Origin: an uncultured Planctomycetaceae bacterium | Lineage (GTDB): Bacteria > Planctomycetota > Planctomycetia > Planctomycetales > Planctomycetaceae | NCBI GenBank assembly: GCA_963813715.1 | Contig: CAWFAK010000002.1 | Coordinates: 32,001-96,000, forward strand | Direction of reading: 5' to 3' | DNA length: 64,000 nt | In this document: in pieces, positions 11,901-23,286 of the stretch | Layout: each line of letters starts with the position of its first letter | Position numbering within the stretch: the first letter of the stretch is position 1 | Position numbers and translations under genes: made by a program | Notes under the pieces: generated by a model | Told to the model about the DNA's origin: nothing | Database searches by the model: none | What the model saw: only the letters and a program-made list of their open reading frames with translations

Positions 11901-12614
11901 GTCGTCCGGCAAGCGGCCCTTGCGGTCCTCGACGAGGAGATCGAGCTTGCGGCCGCGGACGATTTTGAAGGGCGAGGCGGCTTCCGAGTCGAGCGGAGCA
12001 AACTCCGTCGTCAGGTAACGCAGGTTGGTGTGACGCGGCCACGCGCCGGCCGAATAAGGCAGGAACAGCCGTTCGGCCGCGAACAGGGCTTCGGCCGGCG
12101 CCAGGCAGAAGAGCACGGCGGCCACCAGCAGCACACCGGCTGCCGAAACCAGCACGGGTCGCGAGGGGGCCAGCGGCACGGCCTCGGTCATGTCGATCGA
12201 GCGGGCCAAGTCGACCGTCTCGGCGATTGCCTGCCGCTGCAAATCGGGCGAGCCGAGGGCCGGGTCGCAGCCCGCGTTCATGAACTGCAGCGAGCTGGCG
12301 AGCCCCTCGCGAAAGCGGGGAAACCGCGCTTCGATCTTCATCGCCAGGGCGGCGTCGGAAATCGGGAAGACGAAGGGCGAAACCAGATACCGCCAGCAAA
12401 TGAGCGAGGCGGCACCCAGAATGATCGCCAACAGACCGAGCCGCGCGAGGGGCGAATCGAGATGCACCGACCGATCGAGCAGCGACGCGGCCACGATCAG
12501 CCCGCCGACCGTAATCACGAGCCAGGCGGCGCCGGAGGCCACAAGGGTCGCCCGAGCACGGCGGCGAACAAGGCCAATTCCGCGAGACAGCGCCTCGGGC
12601 GTCGGCGGCTGCAT
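8913..12614 (-). CDS. Large membrane-anchored coiled-coil protein (DUF4175-like)
   Basis: N-terminal TM helices, Ig-like stretch (DVVPDVTIDQP...TAKDDLGL), long Q/E/A-rich helical repeats; intact ORF over 1200 aa; start 12614 inferred. Confidence 0.75.
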   Translation of the reverse strand: MQPPTPEALSRGIGLVRRRARATLVASGAAWLVITVGGLIVAASLLDRSVHLDSPLARLGLLAIILGAASLICWRYLVSPFVFPISDAALAMKIEARFPRFREGLASSLQFMNAGCDPALGSPDLQRQAIAETVDLARSIDMTEAVPLAPSRPVLVSAAGVLLVAAVLFCLAPAEALFAAERLFLPYSAGAWPRHTNLRYLTTEFAPLDSEAASPFKIVRGRKLDLLVEDRKGRLPDDVFLEYRLPDDSEVREPLRHASLRDSSGSLHDVCLLSLPADRGPVWFRALGGDDDSLPECEMQVVLPPIVERLEVVLTPPAYTTRPVETLAPGDGKVRGTVGTKVAFRARASKPLATATLRVKDKPAGTIAISGDAREFHGNFVIAEAGAYGYSFQLKDTEGIENPEAPRYEIEAAADVVPDVTIDQPPADATVTAVAQLPVTATAKDDLGLREMRLRFRLGDSSTTPEATIPMASDLPRLQHHRVSLVWNLRELPLSEGMRIALHAEATDWFDLGPPHVGKSPVRTLIVVSAPQKEAEIVSRQADVLRILERAEQVESRSRGQTGDLVVQVEKTSRLKPADLDILKRVQSDQRDVSELLAHPTEGAGSLVRDLLAEMRQNQLPGGEIQKRLERFERELTDLRESHLGALDDTLTRAVKTSELLRSAPDAATAREQAKSLKTATHEQGVVLESVRSMLGELARWRDWQGVHDSLRELVDSQEKLNADTSDVSRGTVAKRFAELAPQGQADLARLAERQAQLADQVAHLKERLRETSGNSKQPPDKQPSDKQSPDKPAPAADRDPPANAEAAADAAAVLKSLERSDPEAAMRDIGGQLAENNVGKAMTNQHQLLDELKKLDNRLSQRPEGDLKSAVGKMEQAEQQIDALRKKQEELRKRTQQLSADKAKQTPPAIEKLRKEQGGLREKAEDVARELRRLGTEEPSASAGQAAEHMAQAEQQLEQRPTGETSREQAHAVEQLNRAQAALSRAKREAASQLAQQSAVKIADEIAGLVARQKTVLDETKRLDGERAQQSQWTRGQLRSVQTIAQLERQLQDETSRIADRLAPAEAYVFVVRRGVEEIKAAADRLGQRQTDAKTVALEREAWSRLRNVVQALKAEAKSRRPDQESQANENQQEERAAKPDGGVPTVAQLQLLKIVQQDLLRRTSDLDRERATTTPRKDPATNPAGETADELSRVTREQGELASLIERLAAQFFSNRDGEHQITPPAPRSKQ

Positions 12615-12631
12615 AAAAACTCCTGCAGAAA

Positions 12632-15052
12632 TCATAACAGCCGCGCGCGGCGACGCAAAATCCACTCGGCCGTCAACAGGCCGGCGAAAACGGCCAGCAC
12701 TTCCCAATGATTCCAGAGCGGAATTCGTTCCCGCGTGCTGAGCGGAATCGGGTGACCGGGGGGAATCCGCGACGGCAGGCTGGCCGCGTCGGCCACGGTC
12801 AAAAAGTCGCCGTGCGTGAGCTGCGCGGTTTGCTCCAATTCGTGGCGGTCGAGGTTGCGACGCAACAGTTCGTCGGAGGCCGCTTCGATGCGGAAGTCGA
12901 CGGCGGGGGCGCTTCGCGGAACGAGGGACTCGCTACCCAGGCGTGATAGACGCCCAAGGGCAGCGACGTCGCCGTCCCCTCGAAGATCGTCGGATGGCCC
13001 GCGCTGCGGTTCAGGGCGACCGTCCGCCGCTCACCGTTCCGCCGTTCGAGCGTCACGCTCACCGCGCTCGTGGTCGCGGGCACAAACCGCTCGTCGAAGA
13101 AGCGGACGCGGAGGTTGGGCGATTCGCCTTGTGAGTAGAGCGAGCGATCGGTGGTCAGCTCGGCCGTGCGGTCGCGGCCTAGCAGGCGCGACCGGCTGAG
13201 ATAGCGGACGGCCCGGCTCCAGAACGGACCGTAATACAGGTCGCCGACGCGGAATCGCCAGCGCCAGAATTCGTCGGTCGTGTGATACACCACTTTGCCG
13301 GCGCCGACCGGCTGCATGACGACGATCGGCACGTCGTTGGTGGCCGCCGGTCCGCGGTGCCAGGTCGCGAAGACTCGCGCGGTGGGCTTGGCGTGGGCGC
13401 TCGGGCCGACCCAGTGCAGGTTCGGCAGCTGTTTCCAGATCTCCAGTGTGGCGGCTTCCGTGTCGGCCATCCGGAAAATCGAAGTTCCTCGCAGACCGTC
13501 GACTGTCAAATCGGGATGAAAGCCTTCGGTGAGGGTCGATTCGTCGACCGGCGCCGGCGTCTCCGACAGGTCCAGCGGCACCAACTCTTCCCAGGGAGTG
13601 CCGCGGTAGGCGCTCGGATTGAATTCGGTGCCGGCAATCATCAACACACCGCCCCCCGAATCGCGGACAAAACTCCGCACCAGCTCCATCGACCAGTTGC
13701 CCAAGAGGGCCGGGTTGAGGTCTCCCAGAATCAACACGTCGTACTGAAAGAGCTCGTCCTTGTTGAGCGGAAAGTGCGAGAGGGCCGTCTGGTCTTCGGA
13801 AGCGTACTCGGGGTCCGACTCCTGCAGGACGGTTTTGACGCTGACCGTCGGATCGCGCTCGAACAGGGCCTTCAGGTACCGAAATTCCCAGCGCGGGCCG
13901 GAGTCGGCCAGCAGCACGCGGATTTTCTCCTTGCGGATGCTGACGTGCCGCGTTTCCCGGTTATTGTCGCGATTGGTTTCGCCCGGCAGCGGCGGGGCTT
14001 CGATCGCCACGTCGAGCTCGCCCGGTTCGGTGGGCACGTAGGCGAGCTCGAAGGGCACCGGCGTGCCGTCGGTCGCCAGGTTGACGCTGCCCTGCGCCAG
14101 CACCCGGCCGCTGTCCCTCTCGGTGAGGCGGACCGGAACGACGGTCGCCCCGAGCCCCTCCCCTTTGATCTTGCCGGAAACAGTGTAGGGATCGCCCACG
14201 AACGCCAGATCTTCGGCCGAAACGTCGTAAAGCTGCACGTCGCGCGAGGGCTGCTCGCTGCCGATGCCGACCGTCTCGACGGGCACGAAGCTGGCGATGG
14301 CCGCTTCGGCAGCGGGCGAGAGCCGATCGGCGTCCCCCGTGCTGGCGACGCCGTCCGAAAAGAGAATGACCGCGGCGGGCGGGCTGCCGCGAAAGTCCTC
14401 CAAGACCTTTCGAAGTGCGGGGCCGGGTCGCGTGCGGCGTGCCTTCGGCTTTAAGGGCTTTGATCGCAGCGATCATTTCCAGGACATCGCCCCCGCCGGC
14501 AAAATCGCGGGTGCCGAGCCGCGTCGCCGTGTCCGAGAAGCGATACAAGCGGAGCTTGTGATGTTCGAGTAATTCGCGGAGGAACTCGCCGTCGTCGCGG
14601 GTGAGGATCGACTGCGTCAGGGCGATCCGCGTTTTGGCCGACTGGTTGGAATCGCGGGCGAGCCGGTCGACGAGTTCGTTCGTGCGATCGTCCGGATAAC
14701 GGTCTTCGAGCCCCATGCTGGCCGAGTCATCAATCATGAGCGCGATGACCGGCAGTCCGATCCGGCCGACCGACAGCGTGAGCTGAAAGAGGCACAGGGC
14801 GGCCAGTGCAATCACGGCCAGCCGCAGCCCGGGCAACAGGGCCTGCATCCGCCGGGAGCCCCGCCCAGCGTCGCGCCGGTAGGCGTACAGCAAATAGACA
14901 ACGAAGAGCCCGCCAACCGTAACGGCCGCCGTGGAGAGCCAGTCGCTGCCCAAGCCGCTGAACTCGAACCGCCAATCGGTCCGCTCCCCCGCCTGGGCCG
15001 GCGGGAGGCCCAGATAGTTTTCGACGAACCGCTGCAGCGCCGATCGAAACAC
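12632..15052 (-). CDS. vWA-domain plus class-I GATase-like (DUF1355-type) membrane protein (frameshifted near 14430 and 12870-12900)
   Basis: MIDAS IDDSASM, ILFSDG, RVLLADSGPRWEFRYLK, YDVLILGD, GGGVLMIAG, WRWRFR, C-term LLTAEWILRRRARLL. Confidence 0.8.
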
Positions 15053-15134
15053 TCGGCATCCCGCCAGAGAGAGTTTCAGGGCCCGCCGGCGTGCACCGCG
15101 GCACAAAACCGGGCCGAAGGCCTAAAATCAATGT

Positions 15135-16073
15135 ATGTGGGGCGCCGAAGGGGGACAAGGAGCCCCGAAAGCCGCGGAGGGGCCGGTGATCAGCGAAACG
15201 ACCATCAAGAACGTGCTGACGCGGACGACCGGCTTCTTGCGGACGGTGACCTCGCACTCGCTGCAGCCCTATTGCGGCTGCACGTTCGGCCATTCTTTGT
15301 GCGGCGTCGGCTGCTACGTGCGTCATAACGGCCGCCTGCTGAAGGGACGGGACTGGGGCAGTTTTCTCGAAGTCCGCACAAATGCCGCCCAGTCATACCT
15401 CGACAATTACGACGCCGAGGCGGCCTGGGCCCGCCGCCGAGCCGGCCAAAGAGGCGAACCCGGGCGCGACCGACGGGCTGTTTTCGATTTTCTGCTCGAG
15501 TTCGACAGATCCCTTCCTTCCCCAAGAATTCCGCTACGGCATCACCCGCTCGATCCTGGAAGCCATGCTCCGCCGGCCGCCCGACCGGTTGATCCTGCAG
15601 ACGCATTCGCACCGGGTGGCCGAGTACTCGCCGCTGTTGCAGGAAGTGGCCGCCCAGTGCGATCTGCGCGTCCACGTGTCGATCGAAACCGATCACGAGC
15701 GAATTCCCGGCCTGCCGCCCCATTCGAGTTCCGTACAAAATCGCCTGGACGCCTGCCGGCAGATTGCGGGAGGCGGGGCTGCGGACAGTCGTCACCGTCG
15801 CTCCGCTGCTTGCCGATCGGCGACCCCGAGGGATTTTTCGCGAGGATCGCCCAGGTGGCCGATGCGGTGGTGGTCGATCACTTCATCGGCGGAGACGGCT
15901 CGGCCGACGGCGGGCGCACGCTGCGGACGCCGCTGCCCGCCGCGATGCAACAGCTCGCCCCTGAGTCACTCGATCTGGCCTATCGCGACCGGATGGTCGC
16001 CATCGCCCGCCGCCACCTGCCTGGCCGCGTGGGAGTCAACGTGGACGGCTTTGCGGGCCGATACCTAGTTTGA
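15135..16073 (+). CDS. SplB-like (spore photoproduct lyase family) radical SAM protein (frameshifted)
   Basis: HSLQPYCGCTFGHSLCGVGCY, SSSTDPFLPQE..ITRSILEAM, LILQTHS, VSIETD, TVVTVAPLL; pieces lie in three + frames. Confidence 0.75.
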   Translation: MWGAEGGQGAPKAAEGPVISETTIKNVLTRTTGFLRTVTSHSLQPYCGCTFGHSLCGVGCYVRHNGRLLKGRDWGSFLEVRTNAAQSYLDNYDAEAAWARRRAGQRGEPGRDRRAVFDFLLEFDRSLPSPRIPLRHHPLDPGSHAPPAARPVDPADAFAPGGRVLAAVAGSGRPVRSARPRVDRNRSRANSRPAAPFEFRTKSPGRLPADCGRRGCGQSSPSLRCLPIGDPEGFFARIAQVADAVVVDHFIGGDGSADGGRTLRTPLPAAMQQLAPESLDLAYRDRMVAIARRHLPGRVGVNVDGFAGRYLV

Positions 16074-16318
16074 GGCGTTCAAAAAAACGAGATGCGAGAA
16101 GTCCGACAAAATAGTCGGAGTGAGCGCGTCTCCGGCGATTGTCGCCGTTACAATTTGCCGACGCACCAAAGTCTAGGCCACACGAAGTCCAAGAAGGCGA
16201 GCGAGGCTCGCGGGGGCGATGAACGCCCTCATCTGTCGGCCTCGGTCGGCGCAGACCGGGCGATTTTCTTGGCGGGACCGGGCAAGACGCCTACGGGACG
16301 AAGGGAAAGGCCCAGAAC

Positions 16319-17683
16319 ATGACGAGCATGTTGCTGCTGCCCGAGCTGCGGTCGATGCTGGCCGAGAACGACCGGGAGGGGCTCACGGCGCTGATGACCG
16401 AGCTGCATCCGGCCACCGTCGCCGATTGGACCGAAGGGCTCTCCGTGGAGGAGACCTGGAAAGTCTTCGAGCATGCGGGGATTGACCGGCAGGCGGAGGT
16501 TTTCGGCTTCTTCCCCATCGGCAAGCAGGTGGAGATGGCGACGGCCGAGGGCCGGGTGCGGATGTCGCGGCTGATCGAGGCAATGGCCCACGACGAGCGG
16601 GTCGACCTGCTCCAACGGCTCGATCCCGAAGTCGTGGAGAGCCTGCTGCCACTGGTCGCCAAGGCCGATCGCCAGGACATCCGCACGCTCTTGAGCTATC
16701 CGGAGCACAGCGCCGGCTCCGTCATGACGACCGAGTATGCCACGCTGGCCAGCGACCTGACCGTGAGCGACGCGATTTCCAAGCTGCGGCTGCAGGCGAC
16801 GTCGGCCGAGACGATTTATTACGTCTACGTGGTCGATGCCGAGCGGCATTTGGCCGGCTTCGTGTCACTGCACGACCTGATCCTGGCCCGGCCGACGGCG
16901 CGGGTCGACTCGATCATGCAGAAGGACGTGATTTCGGTGGCCGTCGACGCCGACCGGGAGGACGTGGCCCAGACGATGGCCCGCTACGACTTCCTGGCGA
17001 TTCCCGTCGTCGACTCGGCCCAACGGCTGGTCGGCATCGTCACGCACGACGACGTGATCGACGTCGTCGTCCAGGAGGCGACCGAGGACGCGCTGCGGAT
17101 GGGCGGCGTCGGCACGATGGTCGAGCACTATCTCGACGCGCCCTTCCTCACCATTTGGCGGAAGCGCTCGGTGTGGCTGTCCTGCCTGTTCGTGGCCGAG
17201 CTGTTTACTTTTTCGGCCCTCACCTATTTCGAGGACGCGATCGCCAAGATCATCGCGCTCAGCCTGTTTGTGCCCTTGTGCATTTCGACGGGGGGCAACT
17301 CGGGCTCGCAGGCGGCCACGCTGATCACCCGCGCGATGGCCCTGCGGCAGGTCACGACGGCCGACTGGTGGCGCGTGATCCGTCACGAGCTGCTGTTGGG
17401 AATCGCGCTGGGACTGACGCTGGGGGCGATCGGGTTCGTGCGAGCCTCGCTCACGCCGGCGTCCGTGCTGGGCGGAGCCGACCGCTGGATGCTGGCGCTG
17501 GTGATCTCGCAAGCGGTGGCGTCGATTTGCTTGTGGGGGACGCTGGTGGGGGCGACGCTCCCGCTGGTCTTCTCCAAGCTGGGCTTCGATCCGGGTTACG
17601 CGTCCAGCCCGTTCGTAGCGACGTTCGTCGACGTGACGGGGATCGTGATCTACTTTTCGATTGCCACGGTTTACCTCTTATGA
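16319..17683 (+). CDS. mgtE: Magnesium transporter MgtE
   Basis: [17 protein letters not shown] pair, [41 protein letters not shown]. Confidence 0.96.
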   Translation: MTSMLLLPELRSMLAENDREGLTALMTELHPATVADWTEGLSVEETWKVFEHAGIDRQAEVFGFFPIGKQVEMATAEGRVRMSRLIEAMAHDERVDLLQRLDPEVVESLLPLVAKADRQDIRTLLSYPEHSAGSVMTTEYATLASDLTVSDAISKLRLQATSAETIYYVYVVDAERHLAGFVSLHDLILARPTARVDSIMQKDVISVAVDADREDVAQTMARYDFLAIPVVDSAQRLVGIVTHDDVIDVVVQEATEDALRMGGVGTMVEHYLDAPFLTIWRKRSVWLSCLFVAELFTFSALTYFEDAIAKIIALSLFVPLCISTGGNSGSQAATLITRAMALRQVTTADWWRVIRHELLLGIALGLTLGAIGFVRASLTPASVLGGADRWMLALVISQAVASICLWGTLVGATLPLVFSKLGFDPGYASSPFVATFVDVTGIVIYFSIATVYLL

Positions 17684-17721
17684 TGTGGACGTGAGCGAAG
17701 AACTGGGCCAGGGGGACTGCT

Positions 17722-18396
17722 GTGCGCGATGGCGGGGTGAAGTCGGGAAGTAGAAATCGCAGACTGACCGGTGTACGGACGGCCGGGCTGTGCTTGTTGT
17801 TAGCGGCGCTCGGCGGCTGCGATGCCGGTGATTCTGCGCGGACCGTCGACCCACCGGTGCGGACCGTGGCCCCGGCCGCGAACACTCACACGCGCGGAGC
17901 TTCGACAGACCAAAAACGGCTGCGGACGGGGCCGTTCGAAAAGTCGTTCGACGGAATCAATTTCTCGGTGCCGGCCGGCTGGCAGGAGGTCGAGCTGTCG
18001 GCCGCCCAGCAGGGCTTCATCGATGCTCGCTTTCAAATCCCGACGCCGCACGGCGACGCCACGCTGACCTGCTCGTCGAATTCGGGCGGGATCGAGACCA
18101 ACGTGCAGCGGTGGGTCGGCCAGTTTCATCCGCCGGAAGGCAAGCGGCCCGTGATCGGCGATTTGGATGTCGGCGGCAAGAAGGCCACGTGGGTCGACCT
18201 CGCGGGCGAATTCGACGCCGGTCCGATGGCCGGGGCGAACGCGGCGAAAAGTGGACCGATCGAGCGGATGCTGGGAGTCGCCATTCCGTTGGGCTCCCGC
18301 GATTTTTATCTCAAGCTGACCGGCAGCGACGCGGCCGTCTCCGACATTCGCTCCGCTTTCCGTGAGTTCGCCCGCGACGGCCGACCGACGCACTGA
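17722..18396 (+). CDS. Hypothetical lipoprotein (PsbP/DcrB-like fold possible)
   Basis: Lipobox LAALGGC; FSVPAGW, GGIETNVQRWVGQF, RMLGVAI..FYLKLTG. Confidence 0.7.
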   Translation: MRDGGVKSGSRNRRLTGVRTAGLCLLLAALGGCDAGDSARTVDPPVRTVAPAANTHTRGASTDQKRLRTGPFEKSFDGINFSVPAGWQEVELSAAQQGFIDARFQIPTPHGDATLTCSSNSGGIETNVQRWVGQFHPPEGKRPVIGDLDVGGKKATWVDLAGEFDAGPMAGANAAKSGPIERMLGVAIPLGSRDFYLKLTGSDAAVSDIRSAFREFARDGRPTH

Positions 18397-18553
18397 AGCG
18401 AGCGAGTGGTTCGGAACGAGCACGCGCAGCAGCCTCTTATTGGTCGCGGCAGCGCCCCCGGTTCGTCCCTGCCAATCATTTCCAAGCAATCGCGCACAAA
18501 GTAGGCAGCGGGCGACAGCCCCGTTCTCAACTTCACAGCCCGGCCGCAGGAAA

Positions 18554-18862
18554 TTAATTGCGGCGGCTGGAGCGGCAGATGGCGTAGAGGGTGCCGCCGA
18601 TGAGGGCGACGACGATGAGCCAGTCGAGGACGGGCCAGCTGCCCCCTTCGGCTGCCGCCGGTTCGGCCGTGGTTGTCGCCTTTTGGGCCTGAGCGAGGAG
18701 CGGAAGAAAGTCCGCTCCCCAACTCGCGTGGGCCGCGCGGGCGTGCGCGATTGTGGTCGTCAGCAGCACGATCGAGAGCCGGGCCAGCGTGCGGGCGACG
18801 GGCCGCCGGCCGGAGGAGCGAGTTTCAGCGGAGGCGGTTGGGGGAGCCGGTGGTTTCAGCAT
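18554..18862 (-). CDS. Small membrane protein
   Basis: Ends WLIVVALIGGTLYAICRSSRRN (TM helix plus basic tail); overlaps the upstream gene stop. Confidence 0.6.
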   Translation of the reverse strand: MLKPPAPPTASAETRSSGRRPVARTLARLSIVLLTTTIAHARAAHASWGADFLPLLAQAQKATTTAEPAAAEGGSWPVLDWLIVVALIGGTLYAICRSSRRN

Positions 18863-19453
18863 CGCAGCAGCTCCGCGACGGAGATCCGCAGGTCGCGGTA
18901 TTCGCGGCTCGGTACGGAAACGGTCTCCCAGCTTTGCGAGCGGGCGTGCATGGCCGTCTTGTATTCGTCGGCCCAGACGCCGAAGAAGGAGTAGAAGCGG
19001 CCACGAAAAAAGAACGGAGCGGCGTGGCCGCTCGACCTCCGAGCTTCGCCTTCTTTTGCCGCGGCAAGTGCCGCTTCGCTGGCCACGTCATCGGCCGCCA
19101 AGTCATCTGCCGACCCGGCGTCGAGCAGCTCGTAGGCAAAGATCAGCATCGAGCGAAAACCGTCGCCAAAAACTTCTTGCCAGCGGAGCAGGCTGTCGAG
19201 GTCGTCTTTGGTCGCCCAGTTTTCCCATTTGTGGCCCGCCCGCCCGCGATCGGGACCGCAGCCGGAGGGGAAGTGACGGCCTTTGACGTCGACGAGTAGA
19301 TTGTGGCTGCCCGGCGCAGTGACGATGAAATCCATCGACTTGAGCGAGACCTGGTTGAGGCGCGCGCGGCGCCTCGTCGACGACGACGAACGGCACGCCG
19401 ACGTGGCGGAGGTAAGCCTCGAACGCCGCGTCGTAATGGTTGGTCCGCTTCAT
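18856..19453 (-). CDS. HYExAFE-family protein (PD-(D/E)xK-like; frameshift near 19370)
   Basis: MKRTNHYDAAFEAYLR...VVVDEA, LKSMDFIV, LLVDVKGR, WENWATKDDL, RSQSWETV. Confidence 0.8.
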
Positions 19454-19685
19454 TGCCCCGCGCCCGGCTGGCCGCTCAAACACGGCCGCGACATTTGTCC
19501 AGCCGACTCCGGTGGCCATCTTAAAGCACGGGCGGACCTTTTGCGATAGGCCTCTTCTGCGGAATGAGGCAACGTGAGGCGGTGCGAGCTGACTCCGGTT
19601 CGCAGGCCGCAACCAGACCCGGCGCATCCCCGGCGTGATCGGCCGGGGGACGCACGGTCCGGGGAATCGCACGGAGCAGGGTTGG

Positions 19686-20938
19686 TCAGGCGACGCTGAA
19701 ATCGAGGCGCGGCTCGTCCGCGCCTTTTCGCGCCCGATCCTCGGCGGCTTTTGCCTCGTCGACCGTGAGCCGCGGGGCACGCGGGCGGCACGCCTCGAAA
19801 TCCTCGAGCCGATATTCAGGGAGCATCGTGTTGATGCGTTTTTCGATCTCGGTGAGCTGTTCCCCCTGCTCGCGCGTCACGAGGGTGATGGCCCAGCCCT
19901 TCTCGCTCGACGACAACCGCCCGCGCGGCCCACGCGGTGAATGTAATCGTCGCAGAATTCCGGCACGTCGTAGTTGACGATGTGCGAGATGCCGCGGACG
20001 TCGATCCCGCGTCCCACCACGTCGGTGGCCACCAACAGGCGAATCTTCCCGGCGCGGAAGCGGGCCATGACCTGGTCGCGCTTGGCCTGCGGCAAATCGC
20101 CGTTCATCATCGCCACGCCGGGCAGCTTGCCCGAGAAGCGGTGATGCAAGCGTTCGGCCCCGCGCTTGGTGCGGGTGAAGACGAGGGCCTGTTGCGGCCG
20201 CTCGGCCGCCAGGATGCGGACCAGCACGCCGAATTTACGGTCTTCGTCGACCGTCATGTAGTACTGGTCGATCGTGTCGACGACGACTGTGTCGCCCGAC
20301 AAGTCGACCCGCTTCGCGTCGCGCATGTAGCGCTTGGCCAGGCGCTCGACCGGCGGCGGCATCGTCGCCGAGAGCAACAGGGTCTGCCGCTCCGTCGGGC
20401 AGCGACGGAGAATCTTTTCGATGTCCGGGCGAAAGCCGATGTCGAGCATCCGGTCGGCTTCGTCCAGCACCACGATCTTGATCGCGTCCAAATTGAGGGC
20501 CCGCCGATCGATCAAGTCGATGATTCGACCGGGCGTGCCGATGGCAATCTCGACCCCTTTTTGCAGCTCGTTGAGCTGCGGCCTGAGGGGCCGGCCGCCG
20601 ACGAAGACCGCCGTGCGGAATTCGTGGTTAGCCGCCAGCCGATGACATTCGACCGCGACCTGCTCAGACAGCTCGCGGGTGGGGCCCAGCACAATGGCCT
20701 GGGTCCGCGTATCGTTGGGATCGAGCCGTTCGAGAATCGGCAGCACGAAGGCGGCCGTTTTTCCCGTCCCGGTGCGGGCCTGGCCAGTGCAGTCCTGCCC
20801 GGTGATTGCAATCGGAATGAAGGCGGCTTGAATGGGACTCGGCGATTCAAAACCGACAGTACGAATTCTTTCGAGGGTCTTTTCACTCAGGCCCAGGTCG
20901 CTAAAGGCGACGGCGGGCGAACTCAACTCTTGCGACAA
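19686..20938 (-). CDS. DEAD-box RNA helicase (frameshift near 19920)
   Basis: Q motif, ARTGTGKT, PTREL, TPGR, DEAD, SAT, GRGID, YIHRVGR. Confidence 0.95.
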
Positions 20939-21308
20939 ATTCTCACCATCCTACGAGCGTCCCTGCGTGACGGGGGTTGCTCCGACGTGTTTCACTCACA
21001 GGCCCTGCCAACCGGACTATCCGGGAGAGCCATCCACGCAAAGTGATCTGGTCGCGTCTCTTGGCCGCCTTTACCCCGCGACCAAATCTCGGCGAGAACG
21101 CCGTGACGCACTCGATTTTCCGCTTAAGAATAGGCCAGCAGGCAGGATGCGTCAACTGGCGTTGATGGATTCACTCGGGACGACCTGAGGTCGCTCGCGA
21201 AACGCGGCCAGATCCGCGGTCAAAACCCTTTGCCAGTCCGTACCTTGCGACCAGTGTTCGGTGCGAACACGGGTAGTAAGGGACCGAGGCTGTCGGGGCG
21301 TGACATTC

Positions 21309-23286
21309 TCAGGGGGTGACCGACGACGGATAGGGCAAATTGAGGTCGGAGGGCTTTTCGCCGTTCTTGCCGGCGCGTTCGCCCAGGATCTTTTTGAGTT
21401 CGGTCTGCCCCAGGCTCTCGTTCTCCAGCAGGGCCCGGGCGAGCCGCTCGAGATCGTCGCGGTGCTCGGAGACCAGGTTGAACGCCCGCTCCTGCGCCGA
21501 CGTCAAAAACCGCTGCACCTCGCGATCGATGACGTGCGCCGTCTCTTCGCTGAACTTGCGCTGCTCGTGGATCTCTTTGCCCAGAAACGGATGTTCTTCC
21601 CCTTGCCGGAAAGCCACCGGGCCGATGACTTCGCTCATGCCCCAGTGGGCCACCATCCGCCGGGCCAGCTGCGTCGCTTGCCGCAGGTCGTCTTCGGCGC
21701 CGGCCGAGTATTCCTCGCAGATCAGCCGCTCGGCCGCGCGGCCGCCCAAAATGAAGGCGAGCTGCGAGTGGAGCCGCTTCTCGCCCGCGTTGTACCGCTC
21801 TTCGTCGGGCACCAGCTGCGTGACGCCGAGCGAACGGCCGCGGGGAATGATCGTCACCTTGTGGATCAAGTCGACGTCGGGCAGGAGCCAGGCCAAGAGC
21901 GCGTGTCCCGCCTCGTGGTAAGCGGTGATTTCCTTTTCCTCGTCGTTGAGGATGTCCTCGCGGAGCGGGCCCAACAGAATCTTGTCGCGGGCGTGCTCGA
22001 AATCTTCCATCTCCACCGCGTTCTTCGAGACGCGGGCGGCGATCAGGGCGGCTTCGTTCACCAGATTCCGCAGGTCGGCCCCGGAAAAGCCGATCGTGCT
22101 CGAGGAAATCGTGTCGAGATTGACGTCGTCGGACAGGGGCACCTTGCGGCAGTGGACCTTGAGGATGGCGGCCCGCCCCTCCCGCGTCGGCCGGTCGATC
22201 GTCACGTGCCGGTCAAAACGACCCGGCCGCAACAAGGCCGGATCGAGCACGTCGGGCCGGTTGGTGGCCGCCAGCACGATCACCGCTTCCGTTTGCTGGA
22301 AGCCGTCCATCTCGCTCAGGATTTGATTGAGCGTTTGTTCGCGTTCGTCGTGTCCGCCGCCAAAGCCGGCGCCCCGCTCGCGTCCGACCGCGTCAATCTC
22401 GTCGACGAACAGGATGCAGGGGGCGTTTTCCTTGGCCGTGCGGAACAGGTCGCGGACGCGGCGACGCTCCCACGCCGACGAACATCTGAATGAACTCGGA
22501 GCCGTTGATCGAGAAGAAAGGGACGCCCGCCTCGCCGGCGACGGCCCGCGCGAGCAGCGTTTTGCCGGTGCCCGGCGGACCCATCAACAGCACGCCCTTG
22601 GGGATCTGCGCGCCGAGCCGCTCGAACTTGCCCGGGTTCTTGAGGAACTCGACGATTTCCTGCAGCTCGATCTTGGCCTGCTCCAGGGCCGCCACGTCCT
22701 CGAACGTGGTCCGCTGCTCGGACGGCTGAAACCGCTTGGCCTGGCTGCGGATGAAGTTGCCCATCATTCCGCCGCCCAGCGGATCCGAGTTCCGCCGCAT
22801 CATATAGATGAGGAAGAAGACCAGAATCACCGAGCCGACGAGCCAGAACAAAGTCTGCTGGGCATAGCTTGGTTCACGGGCCGCATTGTCGACGTCGTGG
22901 ACTTTTTTCCGCAGGTCGTCCCAGAAGGAGCGATCTTTGGCGACCCCTTCCGGCAGGATCGTGTTGAACTCTTCGGTCAGCTTGTCGCCGTTGGGAGTCG
23001 GCGGCGGGGGGATTTTGTTCCAGACGCCGGTCACGTTCTCGCCATACGCCTTGACGCTTTTGACGTTTCCCTTGTCGACCTGCTCCTCAAAGAAGCTATA
23101 CGAGACGCGGGTTCCCGTGTTGCCCGGCCCGCGAAACAGGTAGATGACCGCAATTGCCACCAGCCCCAGCATCAACAGCCAAGGGGCGAACGACATCGAG
23201 CGAGGCGGCTCGTCGAAGCGGCGGCGTGGCGTGGGGCGGCGGGAAGGTGTCGGGTTCGGTCGATTCACCGGCGTCGGCGAGTCCAT
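21309..23286 (-). CDS. ftsH: ATP-dependent zinc metalloprotease FtsH (frameshift near 22460)
   Basis: Two TMs, [42 protein letters not shown]. Confidence 0.96.
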
